Of a stretch of 64,000 nt of DNA, positions 35,971 through 46,642 are shown in pieces. The stretch's first letter is position 1; the number at the start of each line of letters is the position of its first letter. Position numbers and translations under genes: made by a program. The DNA is from Candidatus Cloacimonadales bacterium (GTDB taxonomy: Bacteria > Cloacimonadota > Cloacimonadia > Cloacimonadales > JAIOQZ01): contig CALODV010000005.1 in assembly GCA_942492065.1 (NCBI GenBank), positions 36,621-100,620 of the forward strand. Direction: 5' to 3'. The notes below the pieces were generated by a model, which saw nothing but the letters and a program-made list of their open reading frames with translations, was not told the origin of the DNA and made no database searches.

Positions 35971-37224
35971 CTATGCGTGGATTCTGCGGATGTCAGCTCC
36001 AAGCTGTTTCAATTTGGCATCAATCTTCTCGTACCCTCTGTCGATATGATAGATTCTGGATACGTTTGTTGTGCCTGAAGCAGCAAGTCCGGCAATAACC
36101 AGAGCTGCACTTGCTCTCAGATCAGAGGCCATAACTTCTGCCCCGCTCAGTTCCTTAACACCTTTTACAATTGCAGTATTGTTATCGAGGCGTATATCCG
36201 CACCAAGTCTTGCCAGTTCGGCAACATGCTTGAATCTGTCAGGATAGATCTGTTCTTCAATCGAGCAGAAACCATCAGCTAGAGCCATAACAGCCATGAA
36301 CTGAGCCTGCAGATCTGTGGGGAAACCAGGATATGGCAGAGTAGTTATATCCGATGCATTAAATTTATCTGTTCCGTGAATTGTCACTTCCGTATCAGTG
36401 TAGTCCAGTTTGAAACCGCACTGTTCAAAAGCTGTTATAAGAGACATAATGTGTTCTGTCAGGCAGTTTGTCACAGTCACTGTTCCGTTTGTGATTGCAC
36501 CTGCAGCCAGGAATGTACCTGCTTCGATTCTGTCAGGGATAACTGCGAATTCAACAGGCTTAAGTTCTTCCACACCGTTGATTACAAGTCTGGTTGTCCC
36601 GATTCCTTCTATATCCGCCCCCATTGCCTGCAGGAATGCTACCAGATTATCGATTTCCGGTTCCATTGCAGCATTTTCAATGATTGTCTGTCCTTCTGCC
36701 AGCACTGCAGCCATCAGCGTATTTCCGGTTGCACCAACAGATGACTTCTTGAAGAAAATTCTGGCTCCCTTAAGGCGTTCAGTTCTGGCGTATATGTAAC
36801 CATGGGATATCTCTATACTTGCATCAAGCTGTTTCATAGCTTCAATATGCAGATCGATTGGTCTTGGACCGAATGCGCATCCACCGGGGAATGAGACATC
36901 CGCCTTTCCAAATCTTGCGAGAAGAGGTCCCAGTACATATATAGAAGCTCTCATTTTCTTTACAAGCTCGTAAGGTGCTTCGTAGAAACTGCAGTGAGCT
37001 GCATCTATCTCCATAGTGTTTCCATCCAGATCAACACGGGCTCCAATAACTCTTAACAGGTGAGCCATCATTTTAACATCGCTGATATGCGGTACATTTC
37101 TGAGAACAGTCTTTCCCTTAGCAAGAAGAGAAGCTGCCATAAGAGGAAGTGCTGCGTTCTTGGCACCGCTGATTTCCACGCTGCCGTTAAGCTTGTTTCC
37201 GCCTTTTATAATAAAACTATCCAT
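35971..37224 (-). CDS. murA: UDP-N-acetylglucosamine 1-carboxyvinyltransferase
   Basis: GAKNAALP, MRASI, PGGCAFGPRP (active-site Cys retained), PDRIEAGT and DLRASA motifs. Confidence 0.98.
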   Translation of the reverse strand: MDSFIIKGGNKLNGSVEISGAKNAALPLMAASLLAKGKTVLRNVPHISDVKMMAHLLRVIGARVDLDGNTMEIDAAHCSFYEAPYELVKKMRASIYVLGPLLARFGKADVSFPGGCAFGPRPIDLHIEAMKQLDASIEISHGYIYARTERLKGARIFFKKSSVGATGNTLMAAVLAEGQTIIENAAMEPEIDNLVAFLQAMGADIEGIGTTRLVINGVEELKPVEFAVIPDRIEAGTFLAAGAITNGTVTVTNCLTEHIMSLITAFEQCGFKLDYTDTEVTIHGTDKFNASDITTLPYPGFPTDLQAQFMAVMALADGFCSIEEQIYPDRFKHVAELARLGADIRLDNNTAIVKGVKELSGAEVMASDLRASAALVIAGLAASGTTNVSRIYHIDRGYEKIDAKLKQLGADIRRIHA

Positions 37225-38059
37225 TATTTTCCTCCAGTACTAACACTCTGTCAAAGTCATTGAAATCTTTACGGCATAATACCGCTTTAAAGTTGTATTG
37301 TTCGGCATACTCAATAATTCTGTCAAATTGATTATATCCTGTTTCGAAATAGAGTCTGCCATGCGGCTTCAGATAATGACTGCTTTCACGAATTATCTTT
37401 TTATAGAAGTACAACCCGTCGTCATCTGCTAGCAAAGCAATCTGAGGTTCCTTCATCACTTCCGGCGAAACCTGCCTATATTCTTCTTCAGGAATGTAAG
37501 GTGGGTTTGCCGCAATTATGTCGAATTTGCCTGAAATATTACCAAATAAATCCGATTGAACAAAAGTTATGTTACACCCGTTGAGTTCTGAGTTTGCTTT
37601 TGCTGTTTCCATGGCTTTGTGTGAAATATCACTTGCCTGAACTGAGTTAAAGTTTCCGTTACTATGCAACGCTATGGCAATAGCACCTGAACCGGTACAC
37701 AACTCCAGCACATCTGCATTCCCATATTTGTCATTGAGAATGCTTTCCACCAGTAGTTCTGTTTCCGGTCTGGGGATAAGTACACCTGAGTTAACCTTGA
37801 TTCTGCATCCATAGAACTCGGTCTCCCCCAGCAGATACTGCAGAGGTTCCCGATTTGCCCTTCTTACTACAAGTTTCTTGATTTCTGTTCGTTCTTCCAG
37901 ACTCAGTATCCGCTCAAATTGAAGATACACATCCAGTCTTGGAATTTCCAGAACATGACCAATGATATACTCAGCATTCACCTTTGCTGAGGGTATCTCT
38001 TTTGTTTTGAAAAATTCTACCGTCCAATTAAGGACTCTTAATACAGTCCAGAGTTCCAC
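37217..38059 (-). CDS. prmC: Release factor glutamine methyltransferase
   Basis: EPLQYLLG, VLIPRPETE, ELCTGSGAI and NPPY motifs. Confidence 0.95.
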   Translation of the reverse strand: MELWTVLRVLNWTVEFFKTKEIPSAKVNAEYIIGHVLEIPRLDVYLQFERILSLEERTEIKKLVVRRANREPLQYLLGETEFYGCRIKVNSGVLIPRPETELLVESILNDKYGNADVLELCTGSGAIAIALHSNGNFNSVQASDISHKAMETAKANSELNGCNITFVQSDLFGNISGKFDIIAANPPYIPEEEYRQVSPEVMKEPQIALLADDDGLYFYKKIIRESSHYLKPHGRLYFETGYNQFDRIIEYAEQYNFKAVLCRKDFNDFDRVLVLEENNG

Positions 38060-38970
38060 TAATTCTTAAGATGCTTAGTTATTTTTATAGTTCTGCCGTC
38101 ATTATCGAATTCCAGAACATCTGTTAGTATTTTAATGAAATTGATCCCTCTGCCTGTAGCATCGAGATTCAACTCCGATTCATCATTATCCATATAAGGT
38201 TTGTAATTGAAACCATCTCCCTGATCTGTCACGGCAATCGTAATCACATCATCCTTATTCTTCAGTTCAACGTCGATATCAATATATTTATCCTGCAGGC
38301 TTTCATCTTTTTTCAGTTCCTCAAGAAGAGCCAGATAATTGTTATGCTCCAGAGCACGTTGTTCATTAGTGAGTGAGAACGTTCCATGGATAAAAGCATT
38401 TTCTATCATTTCATCCAGGCAGAGCTGAAGAATATTATATCTCCCTGCCGGAAGTGGAAATACAGATGATATGTATGCCATAACAGACTGAGCAATTACT
38501 TTCTTGCTGCTTTTTGCCGGAGAGAATCTGAACGAAAATGACATAGCCTGTAGAATATCTTTGATAACCTTTTTATTTTCGGCTTTCTTATCTTCAAGCT
38601 GAGAAAGCTGCATATTTATTGAACGTATCAGAGAATTTGCATCAATAGGCTTGCTTATGAAGTCTGAAGCCCCGAGTCGAACAGCTTTCATGGCATAATC
38701 AATACGCAGATCGGCTGTAACCAGAATAACAGGGATATCAGTACTGCCGGTAGCCTTGATTCTTTCCAGAAGTTCAAGACCGTCTATACCCGGCATATTG
38801 ATATCACATATTATCAGATCATACGATTCTTCAGTAATCCTGTTCAGGGCCAGAATCGATGAATTCTCTATTTCTACGTCAAAATCATACAGCTCAAGTT
38901 TATCCCTGAGCAGATCAGTAAAATCAACATTATCATCGACAATGAGGATTCGATTGTTGGTTGAATTCAT
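38059..38970 (-). CDS. Response regulator receiver fused to anti-sigma-factor-type serine kinase (HATPase_c_2)
   Basis: REC motifs IVDD, DINMP and FISKP; ATP-binding EMIENAFIHG, DQGDGF and GRG; no HisKA H-box. Confidence 0.8.
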   Translation of the reverse strand: MNSTNNRILIVDDNVDFTDLLRDKLELYDFDVEIENSSILALNRITEESYDLIICDINMPGIDGLELLERIKATGSTDIPVILVTADLRIDYAMKAVRLGASDFISKPIDANSLIRSINMQLSQLEDKKAENKKVIKDILQAMSFSFRFSPAKSSKKVIAQSVMAYISSVFPLPAGRYNILQLCLDEMIENAFIHGTFSLTNEQRALEHNNYLALLEELKKDESLQDKYIDIDVELKNKDDVITIAVTDQGDGFNYKPYMDNDESELNLDATGRGINFIKILTDVLEFDNDGRTIKITKHLKN

Positions 38971-38971
38971 A

Positions 38972-39277
38972 TTAGTATTTTATTGTGAATAGCTGATCCA
39001 GTTTGATTGTTGTAAGTAACTCATATACTGTTGGAGAAGATTTAACAATCTCGATTTTACCATTACGTTTCATAAATTTCTTGTAAAATATCAAGAGTTT
39101 ACCGATGCCGGAACTGCTGATGTTTCTGCATGTTGAAAGGTCAAGATCAAGTTGAGTTGCGTCAGAAGCAATTAGCTCGTCCAGTTTACTCTGGAACATG
39201 TAAGCGTTATCACTGGTAACAGCACCTTCAATTTTCATTACAGCAACTTCATTATCGATTGATAATGTGATATCCAT
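38972..39277 (-). CDS. STAS domain anti-sigma factor antagonist
   Basis: LDLS..ISSSGIG.L with the phosphorylatable Ser position; 101 aa. Confidence 0.88.
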   Translation of the reverse strand: MDITLSIDNEVAVMKIEGAVTSDNAYMFQSKLDELIASDATQLDLDLSTCRNISSSGIGKLLIFYKKFMKRNGKIEIVKSSPTVYELLTTIKLDQLFTIKY

Positions 39278-39290
39278 ATTTCCTCCTTGG

Positions 39291-41396
39291 TTAATAACCT
39301 CTGATTTTCTTCAAAATTTCTTCCTGTATAGAAACAGTAACTCTATCGTATCTTTTGAATTCCATACTGTAGACAGCTCTTCCCTGAGATAAAGATCTCA
39401 GTTGAGTAGCATAGCCAAACAGCTCTCTCATTGGTATAAGAGCAACGACTTCCTGTTTGTTAAGCTGTGGCCGAATTATATCGACATGTCCTCGGCGTGC
39501 ATTGATATCTCCAATAATGTCACCGACAAATTCTTCCGGTGTAATTATTGAAACAAGCATAACAGGCTCCATGAGAATCGGATCACATTTATTCAACCCG
39601 TTAGAGATTGCCATAGAACTGGCTATTTTGAAAGCCATTTCACTGGAATCCACTTCATGGAACTCACCGTCGATCAGTTCAATTTTAACTCTCTCTACCG
39701 GACTGCTGAGTATTGGTCCGTCCATACAGGCATTAACAGAACCTTCTTCTACTGCAGCCCAGAATTCTTTTGGAATTTTAGACTCACTGATAGAGTTTTC
39801 GAATATTACTTTTCTATCGTCAGTTAAATCCTTAATTTCCAAAGGTGTCAATTTAAATTTCACAACAGCATATTGACCTTTGCCGTTGAGTTCACGGATA
39901 AACTCTCCTGAAACAATGCTTTCTTTAGTAATAGTCTCTTTGTAGGCTACCTGAGGTTTACCTATATTTGCGTGAACATTATATTCTCTTTTAAGTCTGT
40001 CTATAATAATATCCAGGTGAAGCTCACCCATACCGGACAATAAGGTCTGACCGGTTTCTTTGTTATTACTCATCTTGAATGTAGGATCTTCATCTTCCAT
40101 TTTTCTGAGAGCATCAAACAGTTTTTCTTCATCAGCTTTGGTTTTTGGTTCAACAGCTATGGAAATCACACCATCAGGGAAAGTAATATCTGCAAGCCTG
40201 AGTTTATCCGGCTCAGACGCTAGAGAATCTCCTGTTTTAGCGAATTTCATACCGACTATTGCACCAATATCACCCGCATATAATTCCTTCACATCTTCTT
40301 TCTTGTTGGAATACAGATGAAGAATTCTGCCTATGCGCTCTTTCTTCCCGTTAGTCTGATTGTAGACATGGTCTCCTTTTTTTATTGATCCTGAATAAAC
40401 TCTGATATAAACGAGCTTACCAACATACTTATCAATCTGAACTTTAAAAGCAAGAGCAGAGAAGTCCGCATTTACAACAGGCTTTATTTCTACTTCTTCC
40501 TGAGTTGTCAGATCAAGACCTGTTGCATGTTTCACATGCAGTGGAGAAGGCAGGTAGTCAACAATTGCATCAATCAGAAGCTGTACACCTGTATTTTTGA
40601 GAGATGAGCCGCAGAGTACAGGAACAAATTCAGTATCCATTGTACCTTTTCTCACAAGCTTGATAATCTCATCGGCATTCAGTTCACCTTCTTCCAGAAA
40701 TTTTTCCATCAATTCATCATCGAACTCACAGATTGTTTCCAGAAGTGTTTCTCTCCACATTTCAGCATCCTCCATAAGATTTTCAGGGATATCTCTTTCT
40801 TCAAATTCCAGTCCCAGTGTTTCAGGGTTGAAGAAATATGCTTTCATGTGTATTAAATCTATAATACCTTCGAACTTATCTTCCTTCCCAATAGGAAGCT
40901 GAACCGGATGAGCTTTGTCAGTTAGACGTTCACGTATCATATCAACAACGATATCGAAGTCTGCTCCAACTCTGTCCATTTTGTTCACGAAGGCAATTTT
41001 TGGTATATTATATTTTTCAGCCTGATGCCATACTGTTTCAGATTGAGGTTCCACACCACCAACAGCGCAGAAGATACCTACAGCTCCATCAAGTACCCTC
41101 AGCGATCTTTCCACTTCAGCAGTGAAATCTACGTGTCCCGGTGTATCGATCACATTAATTCTTGCCTCTTTCCAGGAAAAGGTAGTAACCGCAGACTGAA
41201 TAGTTATTCCTCTTTCTTTTTCCTGTTCCATCCAGTCCATGAATGTGTTACCATCATGAACCTCTCCCATTCTATGCAGGTATCCGCTATAATACAGCAT
41301 TCTTTCTGTAGTAGTAGTTTTACCTGCATCGATATGGGCCATAATACCGATGTTCCTGATTTTCATCAAATCCTGAGCTGTTACTTGTACTGACAT
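39291..41396 (-). CDS. fusA: Elongation factor G
   Basis: [26 protein letters not shown] and GMGELHL motifs. Confidence 0.97.
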   Translation of the reverse strand: MSVQVTAQDLMKIRNIGIMAHIDAGKTTTTERMLYYSGYLHRMGEVHDGNTFMDWMEQEKERGITIQSAVTTFSWKEARINVIDTPGHVDFTAEVERSLRVLDGAVGIFCAVGGVEPQSETVWHQAEKYNIPKIAFVNKMDRVGADFDIVVDMIRERLTDKAHPVQLPIGKEDKFEGIIDLIHMKAYFFNPETLGLEFEERDIPENLMEDAEMWRETLLETICEFDDELMEKFLEEGELNADEIIKLVRKGTMDTEFVPVLCGSSLKNTGVQLLIDAIVDYLPSPLHVKHATGLDLTTQEEVEIKPVVNADFSALAFKVQIDKYVGKLVYIRVYSGSIKKGDHVYNQTNGKKERIGRILHLYSNKKEDVKELYAGDIGAIVGMKFAKTGDSLASEPDKLRLADITFPDGVISIAVEPKTKADEEKLFDALRKMEDEDPTFKMSNNKETGQTLLSGMGELHLDIIIDRLKREYNVHANIGKPQVAYKETITKESIVSGEFIRELNGKGQYAVVKFKLTPLEIKDLTDDRKVIFENSISESKIPKEFWAAVEEGSVNACMDGPILSSPVERVKIELIDGEFHEVDSSEMAFKIASSMAISNGLNKCDPILMEPVMLVSIITPEEFVGDIIGDINARRGHVDIIRPQLNKQEVVALIPMRELFGYATQLRSLSQGRAVYSMEFKRYDRVTVSIQEEILKKIRGY

Positions 41397-41535
41397 TATA
41401 CTTCCTTTTAAGAAATCTTCATTTTAGTAAGAACTTTGCTTAAATAGTGCAGTTGATTCGATTTTACTATTTTGCAAAGATCTTTGATATTGAATTTAGT
41501 GCACCGCACATAAGGTGCAAATGCCTGCTTTCAAT

Positions 41536-41567
41536 AAAAAATAGCCGTAGAACGAGCTACGGCTATT
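41536..41567 (-). terminator. Intrinsic terminator between rpsG and fusA
   Basis: 11-bp perfect stem aatagccgtag/ctacggctatt with a U-tract on the minus strand. Confidence 0.8.
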
Positions 41568-41604
41568 AATATTTTACTGCAATTTTAATCAAGTTAAAAT
41601 TTCA

Positions 41605-42075
41605 TTACCATTTCAGGTGAGCAAAAGCTTTGTTAGCTTCTGCCATTTTATGGGTATCTTCTCTTTTCTTGATACTTGCACCTTCGTTATTATAAGCGCT
41701 CATAAGCTCGCCTGCAAGTCTTTCCTGCATCTCTTTTTCAGAACGTTTCTTAGCATAACCGATAATCCATCTGAAAGCGGTCGCTTCAGCGATTTTTGGT
41801 TTCACATCGATTGGAACCTGATAACTGGAACCACCAACTCTCTTTGATACAACTTTTACTAAAGGTTTTACATTATCAAGAGCTTTGTTGAAAACTTCGA
41901 GTGGATCTTTCTTCATTTTTTCCTGAATAATATCCATTGCATTATATACAATACGTTCTGCAGTAGATTTTTTTCCTCGTCTCATAACGTTACAGATGAA
42001 TTTACTAAGAATAACGCTATTAAACTTTGGATCCGGAAGTATTACTTTTTCACTGGCTTTTCTTCTTCTTGGCAT
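41605..42075 (-). CDS. rpsG: 30S ribosomal protein S7
   Basis: MPRR..PDPKF..GKKS.AE..RVGGSSYQVP..HKMAEANKAFAH. Confidence 0.98.
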   Translation of the reverse strand: MPRRRKASEKVILPDPKFNSVILSKFICNVMRRGKKSTAERIVYNAMDIIQEKMKKDPLEVFNKALDNVKPLVKVVSKRVGGSSYQVPIDVKPKIAEATAFRWIIGYAKKRSEKEMQERLAGELMSAYNNEGASIKKREDTHKMAEANKAFAHLKW

Positions 42076-42086
42076 ATCATCCTCCG

Positions 42087-42461
42087 TTATTTTTTAGGTC
42101 TCTTGGTACCGTATTTGGATCTTGAGTTTCTTCTGTTTTCAACACCACTTGTATCAAGTGCACCACGAACTATGTGATATCTTACCCCTGGTAAATCCTT
42201 AACACGACCACCACGTACGAGTACGATTGAGTGTTCCTGAAGGTTGTGACCTTCTCCCGGAATGTATGCTGTTACTTCAAAACCGTTAGTTAAACGGATT
42301 CTTGCTACTTTACGAAGAGCTGAGTTAGGTTTCTTAGGTGTAGTGGTATACACTCTTGTACAAACACCACGTCTTTGCGGACATGAAGCTAATGCTCTGT
42401 TCTTCTTTTTCTTAGTTATCTTTGTTCGGCCTTTTCTTATTAATTGATTTATAGTTGGCAC
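42087..42461 (-). CDS. rpsL: 30S ribosomal protein S12
   Basis: GTG start (PTINQL) with [18 protein letters not shown] and [11 protein letters not shown] motifs. Confidence 0.98.
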   Translation of the reverse strand: MPTINQLIRKGRTKITKKKKNRALASCPQRRGVCTRVYTTTPKKPNSALRKVARIRLTNGFEVTAYIPGEGHNLQEHSIVLVRGGRVKDLPGVRYHIVRGALDTSGVENRRNSRSKYGTKRPKK

Positions 42462-42478
42462 ATTATCCTCCAATAATT

Positions 42479-45400
42479 TTAGTAATCCATAAGGTCATCT
42501 AAATCTTCTTCACTTTCTTTAAACGCTAACTCATTTACGATATCTTTTACAGGTTTTCCATCTTTTTGCAACGTTTTAACCATATCATTATACAATTTTG
42601 TACCTGTTCCAACCGGTATTCTGTGTCCAAGAATTATACTTTCTTTCAGACCTTCGAGTTTATCAATTTTACCTTCGATAGAGGCCTGAGTAAGTACTTT
42701 TGTTGTTTCCTGGAATGAGGCGGCTGAAAGCCAGCTGTCAGTAAGAAGTGAAGCTTTTGTTATTCCCAGCAGAAGCTGTTCAAATGTGGCACCATTACCA
42801 CCTTCTTCTTCTATTCTTTTGTTTTCATTCATCACAGCATTTTTCTCTACGATTTCACCTTCTAAGAATAGAGTATGACCCGGATCTACAATTTTTACCT
42901 TACGCAGCATCTGTCTGATGATCACACCTATATGTTTATCATCAATTTTTACACCTTGTTTTCTGTATATTTCCTGTATTTCATTCAAGATGAGCATTTC
43001 TGCTGCAATAATACCTTTTGCTTTAAGAATATCATGCGGATCAAGTGGTCCGTCTGATAATGCGTCCCCACTGTCTACGATATCGCCCTGGTGAACGATA
43101 ATACGTTTTCCCGGTGGAATCACATATTTCTTTTCAACGCCATTTTCTGCGGTAACATAGATTATACGACCATTCTTTGTATAATCACCAATTGTTACAC
43201 GTCCGTCAATTTCTGAAATTATTGCTTTTTCTTTTGGTATACGTGCTTCAAATAAGTCCTGAACTCTTGGAAGACCACCGGTAATATCTCGCTGTTTTAT
43301 AGTTATTCTGGAAGTTTTACCAATTGAGTCACCAGGATACACGTATGCACCATCACTGATTTCGACATTCAAACCGGTTGGTAACGGAACTTGTTCCTGG
43401 GTTCCATCTTCACCGATTATAGTTACCTGAGGCTGAAGCCTTCTGTCTTTTGATTCGATAATAGTGATTTCTCGAGATCCTGTAAGATCATTAAACTCTT
43501 CTTTGTAAGTCATATCTTTTACAAAGTTCTCGAACTTCACTTTTCCTTCACGGGTTGTTAAGAGTGGATTACTGTAATGGTCCCAGGTAAACAGTTTTGT
43601 TCCTTCTTCCACGTCGTCTCCATCTTTAACAAATATAGTAGAAGCGTATTCTACCTTCAGTTCTTCAAGAACTGTTCCCTCTTTTTCATCCACTATTTTC
43701 ATTCGACCAAGGTGACTGGTTGCAATTACCTGACCCTGTCTGTCTGTTACGAGATTCATCTTTTCAAAGATTACTTTACCTTCGAAACTGCTGTTTACCT
43801 GAGCAATGTCCACATCTGTACTTGCAGTACCACCAATGTGGAACGTTCTCAGTGTAAGCTGAGTTCCCGGCTCACCAATACTTTGAGCTGCGATGATTCC
43901 GACAGGTTCACCGATTGTAACCGATTTTCCGGTCGCCAGATTCCGTCCGTAACATTTTCTACAGATCCCTTTCTCTGTCTCACATGTCAGGACAGAACGA
44001 ATTCTAACTTCCACAATTCCGTGTTTTTCAATTTTCAGAGCCATTTCATTTGAAATCTCTTCTCCGGCATTAACAATAATCTTGTCTGTAACAGGATCAT
44101 GAATATCATCAACTGATGTTCTACCCTGAATACGTTCGGAAAGTGATTCAACAACTTCCAGACCTTCTTTCAGAGCTGCTACAGTAATACCTTCAATTGT
44201 ACCACAGTCATCTTCTGTGATAATAGCATTCTGAGCAACGTCTACAAGACGTCTTGTGAGATACCCTGCATCAGCTGTTTTAAGTGCGGTATCAGCAAGA
44301 CCCTTACGAGCACCGTGAGTAGAAATGAAATACTCAAGTACACTCAGTCCTTCACGGAAGTTGGATTTAATAGGAGTTTCGATAACCCCTGCTTCGTCTG
44401 CAGCACTCTTTGTCGGTTTATCCATCAACCCACGCATACCACCAAGCTGCTTGATCTGGTCTTTACCACCACGAGCACCTGATATGTACATCATGTAAAT
44501 TGAGTTGAAACCTTCACGGTCATTAGACAATGTTTCCATCAGTGAATTTGTAACCTTCTCTGTTGCTATCTTCCATTTATCCACTACACGATTGAAACGT
44601 TCAGTTTCTGTGATTCCCCCCTGCATATAGCTATCGGAAATCAACTTAGCTTCTTGTTCGGCAGCTTCAAGTATCTCAGATTTGTCTTGTGGAACAACAA
44701 CATCTGCTATACTGAATGTTGAGCCGGATTTTGTTGCAAAACGGAATCCCAGTTCTTTTAAATCATCAAGGATTTCTGCTGTTCTGCTCTGACCTACAGT
44801 GTTGATACACTCCATAGCCAGATCTTTTAATCCGCCTTTGTTTATTACAACATTTTTAAATGGAATTTCAGGAGGCAATACCTGATTGAACAATACTCTT
44901 CCAACTGTTGTTTTTAAGAATTTTTTATTATGTTTTACTCTAATCCAACTATGAATATCGAGATATCTGTTATCCAGCTCCTGCCCTTTTCTTGCAAACA
45001 TCAGTTCCTGTTGTTCATAAGCAAGGATAACCTCATCAGCAGAACCAAATACAGGGATTCTAACAGAATCATCCGGTTCAGCGTATCTGAGAGCAGAAAG
45101 ATAATAACAACCGAGGACAATATCCTGTCCAGGAGCCATAGCGAGTTTACCGCTTGCAGGCAGCAGAAGGTTTCTTGAAGCAAGCATTAGTACGCGAGCT
45201 TCCATCTGTGCTTCTAAAGTTAGCGGTACATACACAGCCATCTGGTCACCATCGAAATCCGCATTAAACGGAATACACACGAGCGGGTGAAGCTGAATTG
45301 CTTTATTCTCAGTGAGAACCGGCATGAATGCCTGAATACCAAGCTTGTGAAGCGTTGGTGCACGGTTAAGCAATACCGGATAATCCTGAATAACTTCTTC

Positions 45401-46627
45401 AAGAATCTTCCAGATTTGAGGCTGTTTCTTCTCGACTAATTTCTTTGCAGTCTTTGTTTTTTCCGCTTCTCCGTATTTTTCAAGACGTTCAATGATAAAC
45501 GGTTTGAACAGTTCAACTGCCATTTCTTTCGGAAGACCGCACTGATGAATCTTGAGACTTGGTCCTACAGTGATAACCGAACGACCGGAATAATCAACAC
45601 GTTTACCAAGAAGATTCTGTCTGAAACGTCCCTGTTTACCTTTAAGCTGATCGGTAAGGGATTTCAGTGCTCTGTTTCCGCGTCCTTTTACCGGACGTGT
45701 TTTTCTCGAGTTATCTATAAGTGCGTCTACAGATTCCTGAAGCATACGTTTCTCATTTCTGAGGATTACTTCCGGAGCTCTGATTTCCAGTAATTGTTTA
45801 AGACGGTTATTTCTTGTGATAACTCTTCTATATAAATCGTTGAAATCCGCTGTTGCAAATCTACCGCCATCAAGAGGAACCAGAGGTCTCAGAGTTGGAG
45901 GTAATACAGGCAAAACTTCCAGAACCATAGTTTCAGGTCTGTTACCTGATTTTCTGAAAGCATCAACGATTTTGAGTTTTTTAATAGCTTTCTGCTTCTT
46001 CATAGCAGAAGTTTCCATTTTAATCATTGCCCTGAGGTTCATAGCTTCAGCTTCCAGATCAATTTCTTCAAGAAGAATTTTGACTGCTTCAGCGCCCATC
46101 ATTGCAACGAAATCTTCTCCTACTTTATCAAGAATCTCATAATACTCATCGGTATCAATAAGATCTTTCTTTTCGTAGTCACTGTCACCAGGATCAATTA
46201 CGATGTAAGATTCGTAATAGAGAACTCTTTCAAGCTTTCTTATAGTAAGATCAAGAAGTGTACCAATCTTACTTGGAGCACTCTTAACAAACCAGATGTG
46301 AGCTACAGGAACAGCAAGTTCAATGTGTCCCATTCTGGTTCTTCTTACTCTTGAAGTAGTCACTTCAACACCGCAGCGATCACAGATAGTGTTGGAAAAT
46401 CTTTTCTTTTTATATTTACCGCAACTACATTCGTAGTCTTTCTCAGGTCCGAATATTCTTTCGCAGAATAAACCGTCCTTTTCCGGTTTCAATGTTCTGT
46501 AGTTTAATGTATCTGGTTTCGTAACTTCACCATAGGACCATTCTCTCATAGTCTCGGGAGATGCTATCTTTATACGGACATTATCGTAATTCTGAACTTT
46601 CTTTTCTCTTTTAATTTCTCTAATCAT
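42479..46627 (-). CDS. rpoC: RNA polymerase beta' subunit
   Basis: Zn-ribbon CSCG..CDRC, NADFDGD, GKRVDYS and TQLTLRTFH motifs. Confidence 0.99.
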   Translation of the reverse strand: MIREIKREKKVQNYDNVRIKIASPETMREWSYGEVTKPDTLNYRTLKPEKDGLFCERIFGPEKDYECSCGKYKKKRFSNTICDRCGVEVTTSRVRRTRMGHIELAVPVAHIWFVKSAPSKIGTLLDLTIRKLERVLYYESYIVIDPGDSDYEKKDLIDTDEYYEILDKVGEDFVAMMGAEAVKILLEEIDLEAEAMNLRAMIKMETSAMKKQKAIKKLKIVDAFRKSGNRPETMVLEVLPVLPPTLRPLVPLDGGRFATADFNDLYRRVITRNNRLKQLLEIRAPEVILRNEKRMLQESVDALIDNSRKTRPVKGRGNRALKSLTDQLKGKQGRFRQNLLGKRVDYSGRSVITVGPSLKIHQCGLPKEMAVELFKPFIIERLEKYGEAEKTKTAKKLVEKKQPQIWKILEEVIQDYPVLLNRAPTLHKLGIQAFMPVLTENKAIQLHPLVCIPFNADFDGDQMAVYVPLTLEAQMEARVLMLASRNLLLPASGKLAMAPGQDIVLGCYYLSALRYAEPDDSVRIPVFGSADEVILAYEQQELMFARKGQELDNRYLDIHSWIRVKHNKKFLKTTVGRVLFNQVLPPEIPFKNVVINKGGLKDLAMECINTVGQSRTAEILDDLKELGFRFATKSGSTFSIADVVVPQDKSEILEAAEQEAKLISDSYMQGGITETERFNRVVDKWKIATEKVTNSLMETLSNDREGFNSIYMMYISGARGGKDQIKQLGGMRGLMDKPTKSAADEAGVIETPIKSNFREGLSVLEYFISTHGARKGLADTALKTADAGYLTRRLVDVAQNAIITEDDCGTIEGITVAALKEGLEVVESLSERIQGRTSVDDIHDPVTDKIIVNAGEEISNEMALKIEKHGIVEVRIRSVLTCETEKGICRKCYGRNLATGKSVTIGEPVGIIAAQSIGEPGTQLTLRTFHIGGTASTDVDIAQVNSSFEGKVIFEKMNLVTDRQGQVIATSHLGRMKIVDEKEGTVLEELKVEYASTIFVKDGDDVEEGTKLFTWDHYSNPLLTTREGKVKFENFVKDMTYKEEFNDLTGSREITIIESKDRRLQPQVTIIGEDGTQEQVPLPTGLNVEISDGAYVYPGDSIGKTSRITIKQRDITGGLPRVQDLFEARIPKEKAIISEIDGRVTIGDYTKNGRIIYVTAENGVEKKYVIPPGKRIIVHQGDIVDSGDALSDGPLDPHDILKAKGIIAAEMLILNEIQEIYRKQGVKIDDKHIGVIIRQMLRKVKIVDPGHTLFLEGEIVEKNAVMNENKRIEEEGGNGATFEQLLLGITKASLLTDSWLSAASFQETTKVLTQASIEGKIDKLEGLKESIILGHRIPVGTGTKLYNDMVKTLQKDGKPVKDIVNELAFKESEEDLDDLMDY

Positions 46628-46642
46628 TCGATTGACCTCCGC

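Noticed and set aside
34966-36078. 370-aa plus-strand ORF
   Set aside because: Antisense shadow of mnmA/murA; no RBS and no protein-like motifs.
41489-41512. Shared words GCACCGCA(C/T)AT and TTGAATTTA here and in the rplL-rpoB spacer (~50657-50702)
   Set aside because: Only short matches with inconsistent spacing; insufficient to call a regulatory motif.
45226-45240. RpoC reads [15 protein letters not shown] (Tyr where His is usual)
   Set aside because: The catalytic Asp triad is intact; a single flanking substitution with no evident consequence.
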